This document shows positions 1 through 7,414 of a DNA stretch of 24,000 nt, in pieces; position 1 is the first letter of the stretch, and each line of letters begins with the position of its first letter. Below the pieces are notes generated by a model that saw nothing but the letters and a program-made list of their open reading frames with translations, was not told where the DNA came from and ran no database searches. The position numbers and the translations under genes were made by a program. The DNA comes from Candidatus Saccharimonadota bacterium. GTDB lineage: Bacteria > Patescibacteriota > Saccharimonadia > Saccharimonadales > UBA10212. The stretch is from assembly GCA_019662065.1 (NCBI GenBank), contig JAIFWC010000002.1, positions 9,298 through 33,297 on the forward strand. Reading direction: 5' to 3'.

Positions 1-325
1 GGGTTTTCATTTGGGCATCGTATACCTGCCAGGTACTGATTAATAGGGATCTTTTAAAATCTTTTTTTAAGGCGGCGATTGGCTGATTCTTAGAATCAAA
101 AACATCATAAATTGCTCCAAAATCAAGGACAGATCGGGCTTTGGAGGATGCTACTACTTCTTGCTGGGATTCATCTTTATAAAGCGAGAATTGTTCGCGC
201 AAAGCAAACCGTTTTTGCTTTACGAAGCCAGCTGTTTGCTGCTGGCCATCGGGGCCATCCACAAGTACGTGGTATTCATTAACCAGCAGTGTAATTTTTT
301 GATGGAGCTCAAATAGTTTTTTCAT
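1..325 (-). CDS. Partial (runs off left edge) LURP-one-related/phospholipid-scramblase-like protein
   Basis: Manual translation from ATG at 325 down to the edge: MKKLFELHQKITLLVNEYHVLVDGPDGQQQTAGFVKQKRFALREQFSLYKDESQQEVVASSKARSVLDFGAIYDVFDSKNQPIAALKKDFKRSLLISTWQVYDAQMKT...; open to the window edge; family call by pattern (V.VDG.DG.. / YDVFD....A.LKKDFK..LL.STW). Confidence 0.6.
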   Translation of the reverse strand, partial: MKKLFELHQKITLLVNEYHVLVDGPDGQQQTAGFVKQKRFALREQFSLYKDESQQEVVASSKARSVLDFGAIYDVFDSKNQPIAALKKDFKRSLLISTWQVYDAQMKT

Positions 326-488
326 GGGACGAAATGCGTGAAGACCATAGTGTTAATATTGTAACTAAATTGCCGGACAAAAAGCACCTCACAAAGTGCC
401 AGTAGGGTGAGCTGGATACCGAACCCACAACTAGTGTCTGCTAAAGCAGTCAGTCGCGGGAATCAAAGCCCACCAGAGCAACCATAAA

Positions 489-516
489 AAAGTCCAAACC
501 AGGCTGGACTTTTTTT
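489..516. terminator. Bidirectional-looking terminator downstream of tRNA-Lys(-)
   Basis: AAAAAAGTCCAaaccaggcTGGACTTTTTTT hairpin with A/T tracts on both sides. Confidence 0.7.
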
Positions 517-517
517 G

Positions 518-594
518 TGGAGGGCCCAGTGGGATTCGAACCCACGACACGCGGCTTAAAAGGCCGCTGCTCTAACCAACTGAGCTATGGGCCC
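518..594 (-). tRNA. tRNA-Lys(TTT)
   Basis: Cloverleaf on minus strand: GGGCCCA TA GCTC AGTTGGTTA GAGC A GCGGC CTTTTAA GCCGC GTGTC GTGGG TTCGAAT CCCAC TGGGCCC T CCA; CCA encoded; discriminator is U. Confidence 0.93.
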
Positions 595-763
595 CCAAAT
601 CATTGTGCCGCCTCGACACTGCTTCAGGCTTAGCCCGAACCCTATCGAGGCTCTTGGCGAACTAGCGGATTGCTCGCTTGCGGTGCGTCCTCAATGTAGT
701 TTACTACACCTCCGGGCGCTCCTCAGCGGCGCCCCGCTATTTCGCTTAAGCACAATGATTTGG
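595..763. repeat. 169-bp intergenic element bounded by a perfect 14-bp inverted repeat with nested palindromes
   Basis: 595-608 ccaaatcattgtgc and 750-763 gcacaatgatttgg are exact reverse complements; nested GCCTCG/CGAGGC, TAGTTTACTA and GGGCGC/GCGCCC. Confidence 0.6.
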
Positions 764-843
764 AGGTCTTAGCAGAATCTGAACAACTTCTTAGATTATC
801 GGTTTTTAAGAATAAAAGTCAACACTTCTAAACTGCAATAAAA

Positions 844-862
844 AACACCCGATTTGGGTGTT
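844..862 (-). terminator. Rho-independent terminator of secreted-protein unit 1
   Basis: Minus strand AACACCC-aaatc-GGGTGTT followed by TTTT. Confidence 0.8.
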
Positions 863-869
863 GTGATTG

Positions 870-902
870 CCCCACCCAGGTTTCCGAAGAAACCGGGTGG
901 GG
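870..902 (-). other. Long UUCG-capped hairpin between ORF and terminator (unit 1)
   Basis: Minus strand CCCCACCCGGTTTC-TTCG-GAAACCTGGGTGGGG: 14 bp with one bulged U on the 3' strand. Confidence 0.75.
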
Positions 903-925
903 CAGATGAAGCTCGAAGTGACCTC

Positions 926-1300
926 TCAGCTGTGAAGGCTGATATTGGCCACATCGCCAGGCGTGATGACGAGTTGCTCGCCACCGCTGTTGAAGATGGT
1001 GGTCTTGTCGACGCCAGGACCCGTTTTGAGCGTGACGTTGCAGCCCATGTTCAGATGCCCGCTGGAGGTCGCTACCAGATGGGTGATGACGCCGGAGTAG
1101 TAGCTATCAATGGTGGTGACGCTGCAGTTGTCGCCGACCTGCTTGCCAGAGTTGACGACCTCCGCGCCGTTGTCGAGCGAGAAGGTGTACGCACTAGGCG
1201 AACTGTCGGCTGTAGCCGAACTAGCGGCCTTGGCGCCGCCGGCGAAGGCAGCGATGGCGCAGAGAGCGACCAGCATGACGATGATATTGCGGAGAGACAC
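926..1300 (-). CDS. Small secreted protein 1 (signal peptide, about 124 aa, 2 Cys in mature part), unknown function
   Basis: GTG start at 1300 preceded by AAAGGAG; N-terminus MSLRNIIVMLVALCAIAAFAGGAKA is a typical signal peptide; the ORF-track upstream extension covers the structured leader. Confidence 0.75.
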   Translation of the reverse strand: MSLRNIIVMLVALCAIAAFAGGAKAASSATADSSPSAYTFSLDNGAEVVNSGKQVGDNCSVTTIDSYYSGVITHLVATSSGHLNMGCNVTLKTGPGVDKTTIFNSGGEQLVITPGDVANISLHS

Positions 1301-1423
1301 GGTGTGTCTCCTTTCTCCCCTGATGGGGATAGATGACCTCAAATTTTCAAACTTCATATCCTTAGTAAGGAGTAATCCCACCTCGGATTGTTATATATTA
1401 ACATAAACACGATAAAAAAGCAA
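1301..1423 (-). promoter_or_regulatory. Promoter plus structured 5' leader of unit 1
   Basis: Minus strand TTGCTT-N17-TAATAT, then hairpins AATCCgaggtgGGATT, TCCTTactAAGGA and TCCCCatcaGGGGA just before the Shine-Dalgarno; 48/49 nt match with 1989-2037. Confidence 0.7.
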
Positions 1424-1465
1424 CATCTAAAACTAAAACTTAACCTGGAATACTTGATAATAAAA

Positions 1466-1484
1466 AACACCCGACGTGGGTGTT
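1466..1484 (-). terminator. Rho-independent terminator of secreted-protein unit 2
   Basis: Minus strand AACACCC-acgtc-GGGTGTT followed by TTTT. Confidence 0.8.
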
Positions 1485-1488
1485 ACTG

Positions 1489-1523
1489 CCGCGACTCGAA
1501 ACTCCGAAGAGTTCGAGCCGCGG
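1489..1523 (-). other. Long UUCG-capped hairpin between ORF and terminator (unit 2)
   Basis: Minus strand CCGCGGCTCGAACTC-TTCG-GAGTTTCGAGTCGCGG: 15 bp with one bulged U on the 3' strand. Confidence 0.75.
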
Positions 1524-1544
1524 CCTTGAAGTGAAGATGATTCC

Positions 1545-1910
1545 CTAGCGGACCTTGATGTTGACAGCCCTGGATGCGACGAGACTGCCGTTGCACATGA
1601 GGTCGAACGTCAACTTCGAGTTCTTGTAGAGCGCCGGAGTGCTGAGCTGGCCGCCAGCCGATTGGCCAGAGGCGATAGTGCCCAGCGGGGCGTCGAAATT
1701 GAGCTCTTCGATGTGCAGGTAGCACGAGGCGTCCGAGGACGTGTTGTTCGTGACCGCGTAGTTCACTGTTGCGTTCCCGCCCGTCGAAACGAACGAGACT
1801 TGCGGCACCACACTCAGGCTGAAGCCTGACGGACTTGCAGATGCGACGGCTGAAGCCGCGAGAGCGAGTGTCAGTGAAGCGACTGCAATGACGATGAACT
1901 TGCGAAGCAT
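1545..1910 (-). CDS. Small secreted protein 2 (signal peptide, about 121 aa, 2 Cys in mature part), unknown function
   Basis: MLRKFIVIAVASLTLALAASAVASA signal peptide; ATG at 1910; preceding ORF-track residues cover the leader RNA. Confidence 0.78.
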   Translation of the reverse strand: MLRKFIVIAVASLTLALAASAVASASPSGFSLSVVPQVSFVSTGGNATVNYAVTNNTSSDASCYLHIEELNFDAPLGTIASGQSAGGQLSTPALYKNSKLTFDLMCNGSLVASRAVNIKVR

Positions 1911-2037
1911 TTCTGCCTCACTTCCTCCCCGAGGGGGAATCGTAGGTCCCTGGTTGTCAAATCTTGTACTTCTATCCTCAGCAGGAGTATCCCACCTTGG
2001 ATTGTTATATATTAACATAAACACGATAAAAAAGCAA
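1911..2037 (-). promoter_or_regulatory. Promoter plus structured 5' leader of unit 2
   Basis: Same TTGCTT-N17-TAATAT and 5' hairpin as unit 1, then TCCTgctgAGGA and TCCCCctcGGGGA before GGAGGAAGTGAGG and ATG. Confidence 0.7.
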
Positions 2038-2127
2038 TATCTTTTATGGTTTTACTCCTTAAACTCAAGCAATTAACTTCTTAGCCAAGCTGTGGGATTA
2101 TTGCTTTGTCCACCGAAATTTTTCATC

Positions 2128-2391
2128 ATGCAATATGTATACGTACTAAGAAGTAAAAAAGATAAGCAGCTGTATGTTGGCTGTACCTACGATGTTAAGA
2201 AGCGTCTGTATGAGCATAATGGTAATAGAGTCCCTGCAACATCCTACAGAGGTCCATTTGAGGTAATTTACTATGAAGCATACCGAAATAAGTATGATGC
2301 TTTCTTCCGTGAAAAATGGCTAAAGACCGGTTGGGGACGACGGTACCTGAGAAAGGCGCTCCATAGTACGATGAAAAATTTAGGCGGATAA
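2128..2391 (+). CDS. GIY-YIG domain nuclease-like protein (YhbQ/UvrC-N family), about 87 aa
   Basis: MQYVYVLRSKKDKQLYVGCTYDVKKRLYEHN...: (Y)VYVL and YVG motifs, R.YEHN. Confidence 0.88.
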   Translation: MQYVYVLRSKKDKQLYVGCTYDVKKRLYEHNGNRVPATSYRGPFEVIYYEAYRNKYDAFFREKWLKTGWGRRYLRKALHSTMKNLGG

Positions 2392-2393
2392 AA

Positions 2394-3833
2394 ATGAGGA
2401 AATTCCGCCGCACCAGTTTAATTGCCGCTCTTTGCTTATCGGCTTTAGTCGGGTTAGGGCTATCTAGAAAAATCAGTTTTACACCCAATATTTGGTACTT
2501 AGGGCTTTCGCCAGTGTTATTACTCCTTAAGCGTAAAAGCCTTTTGTCCCTGCTGGTGATTGTAGGGTTAGGCCTCGGGCTTGGTCTGTGGCGTGGTAGT
2601 TTGTACATGAATCATGTCTATCAGCTTAAGGCCCTAACAGGTCAAAAAGTTACCATTCAGGCTACGGCGACTGCCGATGCGGTTTACTCAACACGTGGGC
2701 AGATTGAATTCACGGCCAACAAGTCTCAGCTTTTGCTACCTGACAATAAACCGCTGGCTGGCAGTTTTAAAATCAGCGGCTTTGGCGTGCCGATGATTTA
2801 TCGGGGCGATAAAGTCCAGGTTTCGGGCAAGCTGTTTCCAATGCGCGGCAGTAATCAAGCCCGGATTGCCTACGCTCAGTTGCAGCGGCTGAGAGGCAAC
2901 GATGGCTTACTGTTTGGATTGACCCGCCGCTTTAACGCCGGCATGCAAAGCGCCTTACCGGAGCCTATGGCCTCATTCGGGCTAGGGCTCTTAATAGGCC
3001 AGCGGACTACCCTGCCGGCCGACATTACTGCGGCTCTGACAGCCGTTGGGCTAGTGCATATCGTGGCTGTTTCGGGCTATAACCTGACAATTATTGTCCG
3101 CGGTGTCGGCCGGCTAAAGCTGGGCTCCAAGTACCAAAAGTTGCTTATTTCGCTGGGATTGATAGCAATTTTTGTGCTAGTGACCGGCTTTAGCGCCAGC
3201 ATAGTCCGGGCGGCCATCGTATCAGTTCTTAGCCTGTGGGCTTGGTATTATGGCCGACATATCAAACCAGTCGCCCTTATTAGTTTTGCCGCAGCCGTCA
3301 CCGGACTGTGGAATCCGTTTTATATCTGGGGCGACCTGGGCTGGTATTTGTCTTTCCTAGCTTTCTTTGGCGTATTAGTGATTGCCCCGCTAATCGCTGC
3401 CCGCTTTAAGCAACAGCCCAAATTATTAACTATGGTACTGCTAGAAACCTTATCGGCCGAGGTTATGACGCTGCCGTTGATCCTGATGACTTTTAGCCAG
3501 CTATCTATTGTGGCGCTAATCGCTAATCTGTTAATTGTGCCTTTGGTGCCACTGGCGATGCTGTTAACGGCTGTAGCCGGAGCGGCCGGGGCTTTTATGC
3601 CACAAATTGCCGGCTGGTTGGCTTTGCCAGCCCGCTTGCTACTGACATACATGCTTGATCTAGTCCACGCGCTATCTAATATTCCATCAGCGTTAGTCCA
3701 TAGGGCTATCAGTCTCATATATATGTTGGCTTTCTACACAGTCGTTTTATTGGTGGTGTTAATTATGCATCATAGAAGGTCCAAAGCTAGGCCCAAAGGG
3801 CCCATCATGAACACCTTAAACATGGTAAAATAA
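2394..3833 (+). CDS. comEC: ComEC/Rec2-family competence DNA-uptake channel (short form)
   Basis: 479 aa polytopic; LLIGQRTTLPADITAALTAVGLVHIVAVSGYNLTIIV is the ComEC core signature. Confidence 0.85.
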   Translation: MRKFRRTSLIAALCLSALVGLGLSRKISFTPNIWYLGLSPVLLLLKRKSLLSLLVIVGLGLGLGLWRGSLYMNHVYQLKALTGQKVTIQATATADAVYSTRGQIEFTANKSQLLLPDNKPLAGSFKISGFGVPMIYRGDKVQVSGKLFPMRGSNQARIAYAQLQRLRGNDGLLFGLTRRFNAGMQSALPEPMASFGLGLLIGQRTTLPADITAALTAVGLVHIVAVSGYNLTIIVRGVGRLKLGSKYQKLLISLGLIAIFVLVTGFSASIVRAAIVSVLSLWAWYYGRHIKPVALISFAAAVTGLWNPFYIWGDLGWYLSFLAFFGVLVIAPLIAARFKQQPKLLTMVLLETLSAEVMTLPLILMTFSQLSIVALIANLLIVPLVPLAMLLTAVAGAAGAFMPQIAGWLALPARLLLTYMLDLVHALSNIPSALVHRAISLIYMLAFYTVVLLVVLIMHHRRSKARPKGPIMNTLNMVK

Positions 3834-3838
3834 CAGAT

Positions 3839-4570
3839 ATGTCTGGACATTCTAAGTGGGCGACAATTAAGCGCCAAAAAGGAGCTAACGATGCCAAACG
3901 TGGCGCTTTATTTACCAAGCTGGGAAATCAGCTGGCAATTGCGGCTCGCGGCGGTATTGACCCGGCGCACAATTCGGCGCTGGCGCTGGCTATAGAAAAA
4001 GCTAAAGCCGCCAACATGCCAACCGCCAACATTGAGCGGTCTATCCAGCGGGCCGCCGATAAGTCAGCCGCCCAACTAGAACAAGCCATGTACGAGGGCT
4101 ATGGGCCTGGTGGTGTAGCGGTTTTAGTGGAAGTTGCCACAGATAACAAAAATCGCACCTTGCCGGAAGTCCGCACTGCTTTTAGCAAAAGTGGCGGCAG
4201 CATGGCTGAGCCGGGTAGCGTGGCTTTTCAATTTAGCCGCAAGGGAATAATTCGTTTGAAAGGGACTGGTGACGGGGTAGAATTGCAGGCCATCGAAGCC
4301 GGCGCCGAAGATGTTTTTGAGGAGCCAGAAACCGGGGAAACCGTCGTGCATACTGCCCCTAATGAATTAGCCAAAGTCCGAGATGCCTTGAAGAAGCAGG
4401 GGGCCGAAGTCGTAGATGCCGAACTCAGCCATGAGCCCAACAACACCATGGAAATATCTGATCCCGAAACTGCCCGCAAAATTATTCGGCTAATGGACAC
4501 TTTGGAAGACCTCGATGATGTCACCGCCACCCACACCAACTTCGAGCTAGCTGATAGCTTAAATCTTTAG
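3839..4570 (+). CDS. yebC: YebC/PmpR family transcriptional/translational regulator
   Basis: MSGHSKWATIKRQKGANDAKRGALFTKLGNQLAIAARGG start and full-length family features. Confidence 0.96.
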   Translation: MSGHSKWATIKRQKGANDAKRGALFTKLGNQLAIAARGGIDPAHNSALALAIEKAKAANMPTANIERSIQRAADKSAAQLEQAMYEGYGPGGVAVLVEVATDNKNRTLPEVRTAFSKSGGSMAEPGSVAFQFSRKGIIRLKGTGDGVELQAIEAGAEDVFEEPETGETVVHTAPNELAKVRDALKKQGAEVVDAELSHEPNNTMEISDPETARKIIRLMDTLEDLDDVTATHTNFELADSLNL

Positions 4571-4571
4571 A

Positions 4572-5210
4572 ATGCGCTTGTTTTTATCTTCTTACAGGGC
4601 GGGGAATTACCCTGAAAAGCTGGTAAAGCTTTTTGGCAAGGGTACCAAGGTGGCGGTTATTACCAATGCCAAAGATTACAAAAGCCCAGCCGAACGCCAG
4701 GAAAGTGCAGGGGATTTACTCGATTTTTTAAGTGAGTTGGGGTTAAAGCCGATAGAGCTGGATTTACGGTCGTATTTTGATAACAAAGATAAATTAAACA
4801 AAGAGCTATCAAACTATGCGGCTGTGTGGCTGGCCGGCGGCAACGCCTTTCTATTACGCCGGGCGTTAGCTTATAGCGGCGCCGATAAGCTACTCTATGA
4901 CTTAGTGCGTAAAAATGAGTTAGTGTATGCCGGCGAAAGCGCTGGAGCTATTTTAGCAACGCCTAGCCTTACTGGCGCAAGTGGTGAGGGTGAGGACGAT
5001 CCTAAACTTGTGCCTGACGGCTATCAACCCGAAATTATTTGGAACGGGCTGGATTTTATTTCTTATCATCTGGTGCCGCACTATCAATCGGAATGGTCGG
5101 GTGCCGACGATATGCTCAAAACCCTCATGGCCAAAAATTTGCCATATAAAACTTTGACCGACAATCAAGTATTGTTAATAAACGGTGCCCAAGAGGAACT
5201 TTTAGGATGA
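4572..5210 (+). CDS. Peptidase E / S51-like protein
   Basis: MRLFLSSYRAGN..., GGNAFLLRRAL, YAGESAGAILATP nucleophile motif. Confidence 0.82.
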   Translation: MRLFLSSYRAGNYPEKLVKLFGKGTKVAVITNAKDYKSPAERQESAGDLLDFLSELGLKPIELDLRSYFDNKDKLNKELSNYAAVWLAGGNAFLLRRALAYSGADKLLYDLVRKNELVYAGESAGAILATPSLTGASGEGEDDPKLVPDGYQPEIIWNGLDFISYHLVPHYQSEWSGADDMLKTLMAKNLPYKTLTDNQVLLINGAQEELLG

Positions 5211-5683
5211 GGATTATTGGCATTGACCCTGGTACGGGTATTTTGGGGTTTGGGGTAATTGAGTCAGAGAGTGGCAAAAACCAGCTGGTGGATGCTGGTG
5301 TGATTCGGACTCCAGTCAAAGAGGACGATGCCGTACGATTGCAGACGATTTATGAAGAAATATCAGATATAATCGCCCAGACAAAACCTCAGGAAATGTC
5401 TATCGAAAGGCTATTTTTTGCCCAAAATGTCACTACGGCCATGACCGTGGCACAGGCCAGGGGAGTGGTACTGCTGGCCGGTATGCAGGCTGGACTGAAA
5501 ATCAGCGAATACACACCGCTGCAAATCAAACAGTCTTTGACCGGCTATGGCCGGGCCGAGAAAAAGCAGATGCAGGAGATGGTTCGAGTCCTGCTGGGGC
5601 TACCAGAGGTACCTCAGCCCGATGACTGTGCCGATGCCTTGGCGGCGGCCTTAACCCACGCTGCCACGAGTAAGGTAAAATAA
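5207..5683 (+). CDS. ruvC: Crossover junction endodeoxyribonuclease RuvC
   Basis: MRIIGIDPGTGILGFG...IERLFFAQNVTTAM...DCADALAAALTH; overlaps the previous ORF by 4 nt. Confidence 0.97.
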   Translation: MRIIGIDPGTGILGFGVIESESGKNQLVDAGVIRTPVKEDDAVRLQTIYEEISDIIAQTKPQEMSIERLFFAQNVTTAMTVAQARGVVLLAGMQAGLKISEYTPLQIKQSLTGYGRAEKKQMQEMVRVLLGLPEVPQPDDCADALAAALTHAATSKVK

Positions 5684-5687
5684 GGCC

Positions 5688-6260
5688 ATGATAGCGACGC
5701 TGGAAGGGAAGATAGCCCAAAAAATCGGTGACTTAGTCGTCATTGAATGCGGCGGCGTGGGCTACGGCCTGTTCGTCACATTCGAGGATTTTGGGGCTCT
5801 TAACAGCGGCGAAGAAGCCAAATTATTTATTTACGAGCATATCCGCGAAAACACCCACGATTTATTTGGTTTTCGTAATCTTGAAACTAAGTTTTTATTT
5901 GAGCAACTACTGAGTGTTAATGGAGTGGGGCCTAAAATGGCCCTGGCGATTTTAAGTGTTGCCAATGCCAGCCAGGTGCGCAAAGCCATTGCCGCCGGCG
6001 ACACCAAATTTATCTCGCAAGCCACAGGGGTCGGAAAGCGCGTCGCTGAGCGGGTAGTAGTAGACCTCAAAGACAAGGTTGGCTTAACTTCAGACGAAAA
6101 CGCCACAGACTTCCTAACTGCCACCGCCAACCCCAACGACGAAGCCCTGCAAGGCCTCGTAGCCCTTGGCTACTCCGTCCAAGATGCCGCTGAGGCTTTA
6201 AAAGACATAGATGATAAACTGTCTGCAGAAGAACGTATCAAGTTAGCCCTAAAAAACTAA
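5688..6260 (+). CDS. ruvA: Holliday junction branch migration protein RuvA
   Basis: MIATLEGKIAQKIGDLVVIECGGVGY..., LLSVNGVGPKMALAIL HhH motif. Confidence 0.96.
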   Translation: MIATLEGKIAQKIGDLVVIECGGVGYGLFVTFEDFGALNSGEEAKLFIYEHIRENTHDLFGFRNLETKFLFEQLLSVNGVGPKMALAILSVANASQVRKAIAAGDTKFISQATGVGKRVAERVVVDLKDKVGLTSDENATDFLTATANPNDEALQGLVALGYSVQDAAEALKDIDDKLSAEERIKLALKN

Positions 6261-6262
6261 AA

Positions 6263-7402
6263 ATGACCGAAAATTTAGCCAAAACCGAAGCCAGCGTCGA
6301 GCTATCAGATGAGAAATCATCTGAGAACCTGGATTATTATCTGAATAAAATAGGTGCGGCTGATGTTATTGACCGGTTTTCGCCATACGATAAGCGTACT
6401 ATGGCTGTGCCTTTGATATTGCACCTCGAACCTTTGCCCGTTCCCCAGAAACCAAGTACTGAAAGGGATAGGATGGTAGCTTTTTTCGAAGGGCAGAATT
6501 GGCTGCCCAAACAGCGCCAAGAAGCCACCATAGCCAGCTTAACCGGCATAGATGAAACACTGAGACGCGCTAAAAAGACTAAAAAAGGCGATCCGCTCAG
6601 GGCCCAGAAGTCGTTTTTAGCCAGCATAAGAGGCTACGACCAAGAAGCTATAAAAGACGAGAAAATATTAAGCGCTGTCCGTATTCCCACTGAAGAGATG
6701 ACGATAATCCCTGATATCGATAGATTGCGGACTGACCGGGCGGCTTTGTACACTTTAGCCGACTATTTAATGGCCAGGGAGTTTCTGGACAAAGCTGAGT
6801 GGCCCAGCTCGAATAGCCACGCCTATAGAGACCGGCAAAGTTACTGGCGAGGATTTATGATTTTTGCCGGCCAACACGCGCCAGAGGAAGTTCTTAAGGA
6901 TGTATTCAACTATTACTTTGATAAGGCTCAGGAAAGACGTAATTTCTGGTCAGAGAAGTTTAAGAACGTTAATGGGAAAATTGGCCACTTGGCAGTTGAG
7001 GACGTGGCTATGACAGTGATACCTGAAAGGCCAGTTGAAGAGATAAGCTATAAAAGCGGCAACCGGCCAGATATCGATAGCTTTAATGAAATGCTTTCAG
7101 ACAAAGCGGTTGATGAACTAGCCACCGCGGCTGCTAAATACACCGATAAGACTGACCAAATCATGAGATATGTCCAAGACCAAGGCATGAGCCAGGCGCA
7201 GGCTGAGCTTAGGGTGCTGGGCCGGCGAGCCGAGTGGCATGAAGGGCACATTGTAGGGTTAAAGCCCATTGACGACAAACCAAGTCCAGAAGCTATAGAA
7301 AAAGCCAAGAAGCCCGCCAGTAATGCATCACTTAAACCTGGAGTACGTCGTTTGCCTGGTTATGATCAGGAGCGTGATCCTAGTAACCCGCAACCTTTCT
7401 AG
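6263..7402 (+). CDS. 379-aa protein of unknown function in the ruvCA operon
   Basis: Uninterrupted ORF starting 3 nt after ruvA; hydrophilic, no signal peptide or family motif recognised. Confidence 0.8.
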   Translation: MTENLAKTEASVELSDEKSSENLDYYLNKIGAADVIDRFSPYDKRTMAVPLILHLEPLPVPQKPSTERDRMVAFFEGQNWLPKQRQEATIASLTGIDETLRRAKKTKKGDPLRAQKSFLASIRGYDQEAIKDEKILSAVRIPTEEMTIIPDIDRLRTDRAALYTLADYLMAREFLDKAEWPSSNSHAYRDRQSYWRGFMIFAGQHAPEEVLKDVFNYYFDKAQERRNFWSEKFKNVNGKIGHLAVEDVAMTVIPERPVEEISYKSGNRPDIDSFNEMLSDKAVDELATAAAKYTDKTDQIMRYVQDQGMSQAQAELRVLGRRAEWHEGHIVGLKPIDDKPSPEAIEKAKKPASNASLKPGVRRLPGYDQERDPSNPQPF

Positions 7403-7414
7403 TAATATATAGTG

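Noticed and set aside
854-1336. 160-aa plus-strand ORF in the track
   Set aside because: Antisense to secreted-protein unit 1, which has promoter, leader, signal peptide and terminator; composition looks like antisense translation.
1375-2037. CRISPR-like or transposon terminal direct repeats
   Set aside because: Only two 49-nt copies, each positioned as promoter/leader of its own gene; no spacer array, no transposase.
3320-3718. 132-aa minus-strand ORF within comEC
   Set aside because: Shadow ORF of a well supported conserved gene; similar antisense ORFs in yebC, ruvA, dus, ftsH, ruvB and pilM regions were rejected for the same reason.
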